Source of the DNA: Octopus sinensis | Lineage: Eukaryota | Length of the DNA stretch: 64,000 nucleotides | Reading direction: 5' to 3' | Assembly: GCF_006345805.1 (NCBI RefSeq) | Contig: NC_043006.1 | Location: 17,856,001-17,920,000, forward strand | Part shown: positions 49,753-62,405 of the stretch, piece by piece | How positions within the stretch are numbered: the first letter of the stretch is position 1 | How the letters are laid out: each line of letters begins with the position of its first letter | Notes under the pieces: generated by a model | Seen by the model: only the letters and a program-made list of their open reading frames with translations | Databases searched by the model: none | Told to the model about the DNA's origin: nothing | Made by a program: the position numbers and the translations under genes

Positions 49753-51915
49753 AACACATGCACACACGCATGCATGCACACACACACACACACACATGCA
49801 TATATAAAGAACAAACACAATATGGAAAGCACACCTACAACTTAGAGGTAGCAAAAAGAGAACCAACGCAATCTTGAAAACTGTTTCCTATTTATGGTCA
49901 CATGATAGAAATTGAGGCTTGGATCAATGTTATGCAGATGTGTGTATAATGAGGAAAGAAAATCCCCCAACATGTTTATATAATGATGAAAGGATAAAGC
50001 CACATGATTCTGATTTTCAAATGGAAAAATAAGGTTCCTAATTTTTGTATCTTTTCCAAATGGATTTAGTTTAATTAAGCAAGCGGTTATTCGATTATTG
50101 TTAAAACACAGAAACTTCTGCCACGATTTTCTGTAGAGAAATTGTTAATGGAGATAATGTACAAAATTTTAAATAGGATTCAAATTCTGAAACAATTTTC
50201 CAGCAAATTGAAACTAAAGAAGCTGCAAATGTCTTAAGATTCTGTATTTATGTTCCATGGAAATTGTATGAAGACAATTTTGGAGAAGACCCGATTCACG
50301 TATTATTGCTTTAGCTGTGGCACTAAACTAGAAATAACTCTGGAACTGTAATGGTTGTTTTATATTTGTGTTTCTTTTTGGTAATTGCATTAAGATTTGG
50401 TGATTTACTTTCTGTTAGATTTTGTAGAGCAACCAGTCATAAGCCAAACAAGCATATTTGATTGAGGAATTTATTTAACCCTTTAGTGTTTAAACCGGCC
50501 ATACCAGGCCAAAATTGTCTTCCTGTTATATGCTCAAACCAGCCAGCTCTGACCTCTCACACCTACCCTACAAAGTCATTCTAAAAATAAACAGGGACAT
50601 CATCAAAATCTCAGAGTTACAAGATGCTGTACAATTAATTTTAAACAATGTGATTAAACAGGTTTTACATTTGACAGAGTAATCTGAATGCTAAAGGGTT
50701 AATTATTTATCTATTGCTAATTTTGGTTTATGCTTACTTATTTTTATTTCTAATGTGTTTCCTTTATGTAAATTATCAGATTATTCCCTTAACCCCTTTT
50801 GTTACTATATTTCCATTGAAATCTATTGCTTTTGTTTCAATTAATTTTTAATGAAGAGTTTATCAAAATAACTCCCTTGTTATATATCTGATGCTTGGAG
50901 CATAAAGTAACATGAAATTTTCATGGAAGGTTTTTACTTTAGATCACTTTAAAACAGAAAGTTTGTATTGTAGAAACTGATTGGTTGGTTTCAGAAGGAT
51001 TATGCTTATATATATTTCATTGATATTTATTGTTTCTACTCATGATTAATTACAAAAAAAAAAAAAAAAAAATTAACTTTCTAATTCTCTTTTTAATTTG
51101 AGAAAGTATGAAGTTGCTCTTTTTCTAGATGATACATTCATTATTCTAAAAACGGCATATAAAAATGAATTGCTTTATTATTTTATCTCCGTGTTTATCT
51201 ATTTATTATAGTTTAATTAAATCATAAATGGTGTTATTTTCAGCTTTCGTTCAGTCTTTTTTCATTATTATTTTGTTTTAAAGAGGATACAAAAGCAGTT
51301 TTTTTAATTGTAAAAATTAAATATTATTTTTCATTAGGATCATTAAATTTTAACCTCCACCTCACGCCAAGCTCATTTTTCACCATTTCACATTATGGAA
51401 ACCGTGACATATTTAACTAGAAATTTTTATCTTAGCAGCCATCTAGTAATTGCTTCTTATGAAGATGATTATAAAGAGAACCAATTTCATTGAAAAATAC
51501 AGCAAAAATTTGTGACAGTGTAGAGTGACTACTTAATGACATTCTCTGATTGATATTCAAAATTATATTATTATTTTTTATAAATCTTTGTCTCTTATCT
51601 TTTGATAATGTTTTAGGATATAAAATAAATCTTTCTCAGTTGATTTCATTTTAGAATTAATTCAATGAAATAATCATGTTTTCCATTAACTTGTGAATAA
51701 TGTTGTTTAAAAAGAATTATGTCTTGTTTTATATTACTCTTGAATTATTGACAAAGATTGTTTAGAAATTTATCCACGCTGTATAATTCCTACTCTACAT
51801 AACTCTGTATGTTTCTATAATTCTTACTCTGAAACTATTGTAAAATATCAGTCATTATTTTCGGGGTGAGGTGGTCATCTCTTTTGTGTTTGCATTCTAA
51901 AGTCAAGTTGTTGGT

Positions 51916-53025
51916 TTACTGGCTGCGTTTGTAAACTATTTGTATTTTGTGTTGTTCCATGAGTGGATGTGCACTGTCATTGTTGCTGGCCTTGAAAACA
52001 ATTATCTGACGGTGCTTCTTCTGGGATTTGCAGCAGAATAACTTTTTTAATTCTATACGGAAAAGTCTGCCAGTTAAACAGTAGAGAAAGAAGTTGATAG
52101 CATGGTTGATGTAAAGAAGAATGTAACTGAGTACTCGTAAGAGTATGGCCTCAGCCAGGCTTTCTAAGTCCTTCCTGGATTTTTTAGTGATGGAAGTGAG
52201 GGTGTTAGGAACTGTTGTGAAAATCCATACAAAGGAAATAGTTAAAAGAATGACTGCAAGTCGGCGGTGTATGCTTCGCATGTGTTGATCGTCCTTTGTC
52301 ATGGCACTTTTCAATGTTTCACGATGCTTCAGTAAGCAGAATATGATGAGCAGGTTCAATATAAGAAGTAGAACAGAGGGAATCACAGAGAAGAGGACCA
52401 TGTTGAACCATGGGAAATAAACACAAATTTTGATCATTTTACTTGTGCATTCTAGTTTGTCAGGGCTCTCGGGGTTGTCAGTACTTACTAGTTCTGCTGT
52501 CCAAAAGAAATGTGAGTTGAGCAATAGAAATACTGTGACAATCGTAGCAGTAACAATTTTGACTCGACGGAAACTGCACATGCCGTTCGCGCGCAAAGGA
52601 AACCAAACCGCCAGGAACCTTTCTGCAGTCACTGCTACAATCAACCAGGCAGATATATGTAAGGAAGAGTTTATAATAAATATTATTACTTTACAGCTAA
52701 AGACAGAAACGTGTAAGAGTTCTATGTAAGACCACATACGAATCCATGTCTTGAGACCACTTATTAGGAGGAATACAGTGTCCGAGATTGCCAGCATGGC
52801 AAGGTAAAAAAAAGTCGATGTTCTTCGTAATTTACGTTTCATCCAAATGATGAAACTGAGAATGTTCCCTATTGTTCCCATGATAATTATCACTGGAAGA
52901 ACATAGATGAGGATGGAAATTGAGATTTGGTAGGCTTTGATCTGCTCAAGTTGTTTTTGGCTGAGAACTGTTGTCTCGTTAGCCCAAGTGGGTAGTGTGT
53001 ATGTCATGTTGTCACTCAGGGACAT
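51916..53025 (-). CDS. Class A (rhodopsin-family) orphan GPCR, FMRFamide/peptide-receptor-like, 369 aa, single coding exon, nested antisense in a TRPM intron
   Basis: Seven hydrophobic segments; TM1 GN, TM2 LAISD, TM3 ERF, TM6 TTVP, TM7 NFFLY; TM3 and ECL2 cysteines; N-glycosylation sequons NMT and NET; helix-8 FR..L..LFCC; ATG at 53025 with A at -3; no stops or frameshifts. Confidence 0.94.
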   Translation of the reverse strand: MSLSDNMTYTLPTWANETTVLSQKQLEQIKAYQISISILIYVLPVIIIMGTIGNILSFIIWMKRKLRRTSTFFYLAMLAISDTVFLLISGLKTWIRMWSYIELLHVSVFSCKVIIFIINSSLHISAWLIVAVTAERFLAVWFPLRANGMCSFRRVKIVTATIVTVFLLLNSHFFWTAELVSTDNPESPDKLECTSKMIKICVYFPWFNMVLFSVIPSVLLLILNLLIIFCLLKHRETLKSAMTKDDQHMRSIHRRLAVILLTISFVWIFTTVPNTLTSITKKSRKDLESLAEAILLRVLSYILLYINHAINFFLYCLTGRLFRIELKKLFCCKSQKKHRQIIVFKASNNDSAHPLMEQHKIQIVYKRSQ

Positions 53026-53068
53026 ATTGATGTCTTCCCACTTCGCTGTGTCCGGCTCCAGTTTGGTG

Positions 53069-53125
53069 TTATCTTGCAAACAGGTTACGAATCATCTACA
53101 AGATAAAATTAAAATATAGATTAAA
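53069..53125 (-). promoter_or_regulatory. 3' splice site of a GPCR 5'UTR intron followed by a short uORF (MIRNLFAR*)
   Basis: Minus strand reads ttttaattttatcttgtag|ATGattcgtaacctgtttgcaagaTAA; uORF 53095-53069 is out of frame with the GPCR. Confidence 0.55.
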
Positions 53126-54501
53126 ATAAATATCAAATGGAAATTGTAGTTGTGATACCTGTGTCGGTGGCACGTAAAAAGCACCATCCAAATGTGGCCG
53201 AAACCAGTGCCGCCTTGACTGGCTTCTGTGCCGGTGGCATTTAAAAAGGACCAACCGATCGTGGCCATTGCCCGCCTCCCCTGGCACCTGTGCCGGTGGC
53301 ACGTAAAAAGCACCCACTACACTCACGGAGTGGTTGGCATTAGGAAGGGCATCCAGCTGTAGAAACACTGCCAGATCAGACTGGAGCCTGGTGCAGCCTC
53401 CTGGCTTCCCAGACCCCGGTCGAACCGTCCAACCCATGCTAGCACGGAAAACGGATGTTAAACGATGATGATGAGATTACAGGTGATGTTCTCTATTAAA
53501 TAATTATTGTCATAACTAATCAATCACGTTTCACTTTAAAATTACATTCATGTTGGTCCTATTGAATATCTTTTACTACTATTTACTATAGTTTTAACTG
53601 CAACCTGTTCATTGGCATATAATTGCATGCACAATTTTTCATCAGTATGCAAGGTCATAGTTTTGAGCAACAAAATTTTGACATCATATTAATTATTAAT
53701 TATGTTTAATTGGAACATAATTAATAAAAAATGAATGTGACTTTATATATTGATATGTTTTTTAAGTCTTGAATATGGCTTTATATAATGTTTTAATTCT
53801 TACATATAGCTTTTAGATAGCCTCTGAGTACTTGGCTGTGTAGTTAAGACACTTGCTTTGCAAGCATGTGGGTTTGGGGTTCAATCCTACTGTTTTCTGC
53901 CATAGCCTTCTGAGTTGAAATTCATACATGAATAATGTGTGGAAGTAATTCGTGTGTGTGTGTCAGCCCCCACCCCACCCCAACTGGCTCCTGTGCCGGT
54001 GGCACGTAAAAAGCACCATCTGAACGTGGCCAATGTCAGTGCCACCTGACTGGCTCCCTTACACTCTCGGAGTGGTTGGCATTAGAAAAGGCATCCAGCT
54101 GTAGAAACATTGCCAGATCAGATTGGAGCCTGGTGCGACCTCCTGGCTTGCCAGTCCCCAGTCAAACCGTCCAACCCATGCCAGCATGGAAAACGGACGT
54201 TAAACGATGATGATGATGATGATTTGTGTTATCGATATTGACCATAAGTGAGTGCTTTACAATAAAAAAAAAGTCCCTTTAGATATTTGTTCTGTATTTT
54301 TACACATGCCTTTGTCACTGACATGATCATCATCAATAGTATTGTAAACCAGTGATTAGCTTGCTTGAAATCTTTAACCAATTTTGCCATTGCTCATTTG
54401 CAATATAAAATGAATAAAAAACAAAATGAATACAATGTGATGTAGCATCTTTTTTGCCATTGGGTAATAAATAATGTAGTGAAAGACAACTATAAACTAT
54501 A

Positions 54502-54891
54502 CTAGCAGTATTGCCCGGCGTTGCTCGGGTTTGTTTCAACCCTTTAGAATTGGAATTTTTGAAAAGTAAAAATTTTGCATTATGTAGCTTGTTATTCTCT
54601 TTAAGTGAATATTTTTCTGGTTGAAATGCACCAAAAAATGGTGACACAGCTGTCAAAAAATCGTAAAAAGTAGGGATTTTCATAGAAAAAAAGCACCTTT
54701 TTGATGTAAATAATTTTTCGTCTTAACATGGTCCGATTTGAATTCTATCTTCTACAGAAGGAAGAGCAAGCCTTCTTCTATTATACTCTCAATTTTGGTC
54801 AATTTGCGCCTCTGGGTCTCGGAGGAGATAGTGTTAGTTGAAGGCTACCAAACCTGCCACACACAGACAACTTCAGCTTTATATATATAGA
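54502..54891 (-). mobile_element. Non-autonomous Helitron
   Basis: Minus strand starts TCtatatatataaag and ends with hairpin cccgagcaacgccggg followed by CTAG|T; smaller relative at ~56997-57120. Confidence 0.78.
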
Positions 54892-55261
54892 CTTTAAAAT
54901 GTTGGTATTGGTTATGTCTTGTTGCTCTATATCATATTATCATGTATTGTTATATCTCTATATGTATCTATACTCTGTAATCAGCTCTGTAATTACTGCA
55001 GTTCACTGATATTTACCAACACCAATTGGTAAAATGTTTACACAACCATATAAATTGTTGAAGATAAAAGATTATGAATATAGAACATAGTAATATATGA
55101 AAGAAATTCAATATAATCGATGGAATTATCTCTGATGTTTTGGAAAATACATTAAATGCTCTGGAGCATCAGAAACAATTCCACTCACAAAGAGGGACCG
55201 AAAATCAGTTTACTCAATTCATAATCGTTATAGTTTACAAGATCTTATTATTAGTATTATT

Positions 55262-56060
55262 GTTGTAGTGGTGAGCTGATAAAATTGTTAACATTGTCAG
55301 ACAAAATGTTGAAAAGCATTTCTTGGGGTTCTTTACATTCTGAGTTCAAATTCCACCACGTTCAATTTTGCTTTTCATGCTTCCAGAGTTGATAGAATAA
55401 GCACAAGTTGAGCACTACTCAATGCAACTGGCTAATCCCCTCTCCTTAAGAATTGCTGGTCTTGTGTCAAAATCTGAAACTATCGTCATCATCATCGTCG
55501 TCATCATCAAAGGTGGTGAGCTGGCAGAATTATTAGCACACTGGACAAAATGCTTCACAATATTTTGTCTGTCTCTATGTTCTGAGTTCAAATTCTGCTG
55601 AGGTCAACTTTGCCTTTCATCCTTTCGGGGTTGATAAATTAAGTACCAGTAGAACACTGGGGGCGATGTAATTGACTAGTCTCCTCCCACCAAACTTCAG
55701 GCTTTGTGCCTTTAGTAGAAAGGATTATAATAAAGTTGGCGACAAAATGCTTTGCAACATTTTGTCCATCTGTATGTTCTGAGTTCAAATTCCACCAAGA
55801 TTGACTTTGCTTTTCATCCTTTCAGGGTTGATAAAATGAGTACTAGTTGAGCACGGGATGGGGGGGGGGGGGTCAATGTAATCGAGTAGCTGCCTCCCCA
55901 CAAAATTTCAGGCCTTGTGCCTATAGTAGAAAGGATTATTATTATTATTATCATTATTAAAGCAGCAATTTTGGTAGAATTGCTAACACATCAGACTAAA
56001 TGCTGAATGGAATTTCTCCTATCTCTTTATGTTCTGACTTCAAATTTGCCTTTTCTCCTT
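55262..56060 (+). mobile_element. Four head-to-tail SINE family C copies separated by (ATC)/(ATT) tracts
   Basis: Repeated ttctgagttcaaattc...tttcatcctttc units in one orientation. Confidence 0.8.
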
Positions 56061-56688
56061 AACTTTCGTTTTTCTATTGCTTGCATGAGTCGGATGGTTT
56101 AATGGAATCTGCAGAGTTAAGAGCACTGTGCTATGCTCCAACATCTACTTTAGCATGGCCTCTGTGACTGGATGCCCTTCCTAACACCAGCCAGTTTACA
56201 GAGTTTGCTGGATTGTTATTTTTAACTTGAAAAATTTTTTTAAAATTGACTGAATGAGAGTATAGTAGAACAGGTTTATGCTAGGTATTGAGAGGTTAAA
56301 TTATAGTAGAAGGAACAGAAACAGGCTTCTTGCTGTTGAGGGGATGCTTGGCTACCTCACATTATATAGGGGTTAAAGAGAGTAGTCAGGATGGAGCTGG
56401 AAAAATAAAGATGGTAGTGACAAGGTGTCAGAGCATGCCCTCAAGATACAAGATACAAGAAGGTGGATAGAAGTGAATGTGAGAACAGAAGATCAAGAAG
56501 AGTAAGTAAAGATTGCGAGAGATGGGGTAAGGGTGAATGTAGTGAATGGTCAACAAGAGGGACGGTCAGTGGTGAATATGAGTTGGAGGCAAAAGCAATA
56601 GGGATGGACATCATTGATAAACAGTAATTCTCTTTCTTTCTCTCTCGCACACACACATACACTCACACACACACATATATATATATTA

Positions 56689-56833
56689 TATAGAGGGCAT
56701 TACTATACATAAATGCCACACGCTAGGAGGGACTCTTAAAGTAAAAAACGATGTGTTTATTTATTTTGGTAGTTTTGACTTTCAGAGTCCCTCCTAGCGT
56801 GTGGCATTTATGTATAGTAATGCCCTCTGTATA
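56689..56833. mobile_element. Foldback MITE with ~48-bp TIRs
   Basis: tagagggcattactatacataaatgccacacgctaggagggactct is mirrored; a solo related end lies at 21626-21672. Confidence 0.9.
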
Positions 56834-59800
56834 ATATAAATAAATATATTTAAGTGAAAAAAAATTGGTGGATTTTTTTCTCTTATGAGGTTTTTCACGC
56901 TAACTACTTGATAAATTCTTATAAAGATTTTATCCTGTTTATAAATTGTATATACATATATATATATCTTTGTGTATGTGTGTGTGTGTGTGTATACTAG
57001 CAATGCACCCCAGCGTTGCTCAGGTGTTATGACCTACAGCCCCATTGTATTATCTGTTCCTTTCTTATGGGCAGAATCAGCACACTAGAAGTTTGAAGCA
57101 AACAACTCTTCTCTATATACATGTTTCTCAGTCATTTTCTGATGAACAACACTGCTGTTTCCATCTACCAAATTCAGTCACAAGTCTGTGGTTGGCCTAG
57201 GGCTATAGTAGAAAACACCCAAGGTACCCTGCAGAGGGACTGAACATGGAACCATGGGGTTGGGTTGGGAAGCAAACTTCTCAACCATACAGTCATTCTT
57301 GCACCTAATATGTGTGTGTGTTTACATTTGTTGTTAAATTGAGTATTATGCCTCTCTATATCTCAAACTTAGCAGTTCATCAAGCAGAGATCTATAAAGT
57401 AAATGCCAGATTGAAAATATGTATTGAGGTCAGTATGATCAATTAAATTTTTGAAGGTGATACCCCATCATAGCAACAGTCAAAAGACTAAACCCAATAA
57501 AATAATGTTTAAAGACTTAATGGCTTCAAATTTAAGGTAATGGATTACTAACCACAAGATAATGTGCTTCAAAACTTTGTACTGAACTCCCATTCTATAC
57601 AATAGCACTATATGTACATCTCAGTCTACTTGACTTCCAACAATTATCAATTGCAATTTGAAGTTGAATGGTTAGCAGTAAGAAAGATGTCCAAATTTCT
57701 TTAAAAATTATTGTGCAAAATATTCTGAGAAAAAGTATTTTATTCACCACAACAAAACACACACACTCAGAGTTGCCTCCCTTAACTTAAGACCTCAAAA
57801 TTGTGCGACCTAACCTTGTTTTTGAGATTAGTTTTGTAGTAAAAAAAACATACTTTATTTGGTTGTCAAAAGATTACTGAATTTTTTGATTCTTCATACG
57901 TCAAAATTGGCAACTCCGTTTTCGAATCCATAAGGAACATACGCGCGCACACAAACTCTATTTCATTATATAAGATATATATATATATAAATAAAATCAT
58001 CATCATCATTTAGCATCTGTTGTCCATGTTGGCGTGGGTAGGGCAGTTTGACCAGGGCTGATTTGGCATGGTTTCTACGATTGGATGTCCTTCTTAATGC
58101 CAACCACTCCAAGAGTGTAATGGATGCTTTTATGTGCCACCAGCATGAGTGCCAGTTGCATGACACCAGTAACTACCATGTGTGTATGTGTGTGTATGTG
58201 TATAAGAGAGAGAGAGAAAGGAGAGAATTAGTGCTTATCAAATTTTATTTACAAAGTATTAGTCGGGCTGCAGATGTGGTAGAAAACCCTTACTGAAAGT
58301 GCTGCATGTGAGATTGGATCTTGAACCGCATGCTCAGGAAGTGAAATTCTTAGCCACCCAGCCATGCTTGCTAACATCCAATGGTAGCTTAAAATATATT
58401 AAATTATATTCTTTTATGGCACTGACTCAAAACCTGTAATTCTGGATTATTGATTCTTATTCCCAACAATTAAATATTCATATTGAATATGTATTACTAC
58501 AACCGATCCATAATCTGAAATAAATCTGTGAAACTGACCCCAGTGGCAGTGGTATAGAACTGGCTATGTATGTCATCAACTGGACTTTTCCTGGAACTGA
58601 AAATTTATAGCTTATCTCCCTATATACGTAAGGGACTCACTCTGACCTATTAGATAGTTCCATCAAATCTGAACAGAGAATCAAAGAATGAAAGCAAAAA
58701 AAAAATATCAGTATAACAATGCAAGTGTAGTTATATATATAATATCAATAGAAGTAGATCTTTCCATCAAATTTATCATATTGTTACAATGCGATTTTGT
58801 ATTCATACTTTCCACAAATCTTTACTTTTGGGAGAGTGAGAAGGTAGGAAAGAGTGTGTGTATGTATGTTATTGCTACTGTAGAAAAGTACAAATGTTTT
58901 CAAATTGTTAGATTTGTACAAGTGTTGTTATATATCTGTTAAAACTGGAATAACATACTTAACCCCTTAACATTCACATTACTCTGTTGTCATCATCACC
59001 TCTTAACATCCACCTTCCATGCTGGCTTGGGTTGGAAGGTTTGACAAGGAGCCAGCCAGATAGAAGACTACACCAAGCTACTGTGTCTGTCAAATGTAAT
59101 AATTATTTATTCATATTGCTTTGAGAGAATCATGCATTATCTTGTTATAGCTTCAAGATTTCAATGATGTGATTGTTCACTTTTAAAATGACACTGTAGG
59201 GTAGGTGTGAGTGGTTGGATCTGGCCAGTTTAAATGTAAAACAGATAGAATATTTTGGCCAAATATGGCTGGTTTAGATTCTAAAGGGTTAAGTTTGTTT
59301 GACTTGCTTTTGTCTAAATTTACTTTAACAATTGGAAGACCCTGTGCCAGTGGCATGTAAAAAGCACCATCCGATCGTGGCTGTTTGCCAGCCTCGTCTG
59401 GCACGTAAAAGCACCCACTACACTCAAGGAGTGGTTGGCGTTAGGAAGGGCATCCAGCCGTAGAAACATTGCCAGATCAGACTGGGCCTGGTGCAGCCTT
59501 CTGGCTTCCCAGACCCCAGTTGAACTGTCCAACCCCTGCTAGCATGGAAAGCGGACGCTCAACGATGATGATGATGATGATGGTGATCACTGGAATACAC
59601 TATTATACTCTTTCCAGATTCGTACTGTTTCTGCCTTGGCCAATCCTTACCCTTGGTATGAAACTCCATGGTTCACCATTCACTGAGAGTAAGGGTGAAT
59701 TTACTGCATTCACCCTCACCCTCATCTCTAACCACCTCTCACTCTATCCCTGCACTCTAGCAAACTTTATGCACCGACCCTTCCTGATCAGCTATCCCAC

Positions 59801-59936
59801 ACACACACCCTTTCATTTATTTTCTTGCATCTTGAGGGTATGCTCAGACACTGCAATCACCACTGTTGTTTTATCTCTTTCTCGATGGAACATTAACTAA
59901 TATCACAATGTTAACTGTTTGAAATGTGTGCGTGTG

Positions 59937-60291
59937 TGTATTCTTTTATCTGTTTGTAATTTGACTGTGGCCATGCTGGAGCACCATCTTGAAGGGTTTT
60001 AGTCTGACAAATTGACCCCAGGATTTTTTTTTTAAAGCCTGGTTCATATTCTATTAGTCTGTTTTGCCGAACTGCTAAGTTACGGGGACAAACAGATACA
60101 AAGATACACAGACATGCACACACATATATATAACAGGCTTCTTTCAGTTTCCATCTACCAGATCCACTCAAGGCTTTAGTTAGTCTGAGGCTTTAATAGA
60201 AGACACTTGCCCAAGGTACCACCCAGTGGGACTGAACCCAGAACCATGTGGTTGGGAAGCAAGCTTTTTACCACACAGCCGTACCTGTGCC
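59937..60291 (-). mobile_element. SINE family A
   Basis: Reverse-complement copy. Confidence 0.8.
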
Positions 60292-60330
60292 TATCTATCT
60301 ATCTATCTATCTATATATATATATATATAT

Positions 60331-60577
60331 AAAATCACCATCTCATCATTGAATGTCCATTTTCCATACTGGCATGGGTTGGATGGTTTGACAGGTGCTG
60401 GCCACCTGGAGAGCTGTCTAGGCTCCAACTGTCTGTTTTGGCATGGTTTCTATAGCTGGATGCCCTTCCTAATGTGAATCACTTCCTAATATGTGCTGGG
60501 TGCTTTTGTGTGCTACCAAGCATGACTGCATCCTACATAGCACCAGCACAAGTACAATTTATGTGACACAGGCACAA

Positions 60578-60641
<64 letters not shown>

Positions 60642-60884
60642 CACCATCTCATCATTGAATGTCCATTTTCCATACTGGCATGGGTTGGATGGTTTGACAG
60701 GTGCTGGCCACCTGGAGAGCTGTCTAGGCTCCAACTGTCTGTTTTGGCATGGTTTCTATAGCTGGATGCCCTTCCTAATGTGAATCACTTCCTAATATGT
60801 GCTGGGTGCTTTTGTGTGCTACCAAGCATGACTGCATCCTACATAGCACCAGCACAAGTACAATTTATGTGACACAGGCACAAA
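60331..60884. repeat. Tandem duplication of a 248-bp segment bounded by (TA)n
   Basis: 60331-60578 and 60637-60884 appear identical. Confidence 0.92.
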
Positions 60885-61989
60885 TATATATATATCTGAA
60901 ATGTACTCTTGGAAAGATAAATTGGTGACGCATACCTTTCAGAGTCTCTTTTGAGCTCACCAAGAATTGCTTAACACATCCAAAATTGGGAAAATTAATC
61001 TTCAAACAATCATGCTGAGAACAACAAGCATTTATGATATATCTACATTCTTTCCAAACCTACCAAATATTCATCAAAATTTTTTTATCAATATAATATA
61101 TTTGTTAGTTCTCATTTTACCTAAAAGGATTTCTTATCTAAACTAAATAACAACGATGATAATATATGTTTATTCAAAATTTCTGTTTTTCTTTAAATCG
61201 ATGATGTTTCGTAGTAGATTCAAATGTAATCTTGAATATTTTCCCATATATTTTCTTATCCAAGATAAGTGATATGTTTTCTAGATGTTTGTTTTAAGGT
61301 TTCCGCAGAGATGTAACTGCTGAGTAAAATTGGAAAAAGAATAAAAACTGAAAATAGTTGTATTTTAAAGTTAAATGCTCTCAGTAAATTCTCTGTTTGT
61401 TCATTATTTGTTAAGAAGGGGTGAAAAAAAGGTTTATTTTTCAAATAATCATAGTTTTGTATGAATTCTGTTGTCATGTTAATTAAAATAGGTTTCTTGT
61501 CCTTGATAGAATATTTTATTTAATCATGTGAAATTATTTTTCTTTGTATCCTTTATAATAATCTGAATTAATAAAAAAAAAAAAAGAAAAATTCAAAACC
61601 GATATGCTAGGGCAGTAAGGTTGGCAGAATTGTTAAAGCATCAAGGAAAATGCCTTTCTGTATTTATTCTAACTGTTTACGTTCTGAGTTCAAATCCTGC
61701 CAAGGCCAGCTTTGCTTTTCATTTCTCTGAGGTTGATAAAACAAAGTATTAGTGGCTTACTGGATTCAATAAATCATCAATCCACACCCCACCCAAAATT
61801 CAAGATGCATAAGAATATAAATTTTAAGTAATTTTCATTTATTTAATTGCTACTCTAAATGTGCATAAATATATAAAATATTTTGATAAAATAGTTTTAA
61901 AATACTTGCAAGATAAATTTTTGCTTGTCTGTACAACTTACTATATTCTGGCATAACATTTGCTAATGTTCATTATATATGTCATTTCT

Positions 61990-62405
61990 TGCTTACTCTT
62001 TACTCTTTTACTTGTTTCAGTCACTTGACTGTGGCCGTGCTGGAGCACTGCCTTTTAGTCAAGCAAATCGACCCCAGGACTTATTCTTTGTAAGCCTAGT
62101 ACTTATTGTACCGGACTCTTTTGCTGAACCACTAAGTAACACACCAGCATTGATTGTCAAGCAATGCTGGGAGGACAACCACAGACACACAAATATATAC
62201 ACAGGCACATACATATATATATATACATACATACATATATACGATGGGCTTCTTTCAGTTTCTGTCTACCAAATCCACTCACAAGGTTTTGGTCAGCCCG
62301 AGGCTATAGTAGAAGACACTTGCCCAAGGTGCCACACAGTGGGACTGAACCCGGAAGTATGTGGTTGGTAAGCCAGCTACTTACCACACAGGCACTCCTA
62401 CGCCT
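61990..62405 (-). mobile_element. SINE family A
   Basis: Reverse-complement copy. Confidence 0.85.

Noticed and set aside
50177-50299. 123-nt open phase-0/0 segment between AG and GT
   Set aside because: No polypyrimidine tract, weak donor and no TRPM similarity; likely chance.
53026-53079. N-terminal GPCR extension from the TTG start in the ORF track
   Set aside because: Non-AUG start is a prokaryotic-style call. The ATG at 53025 has good context and gives a normal glycosylated N-terminus.
4434-62405. Antisense orientation bias of SINE A (6 minus versus 2 plus)
   Set aside because: Sample too small (two-sided binomial p about 0.29).
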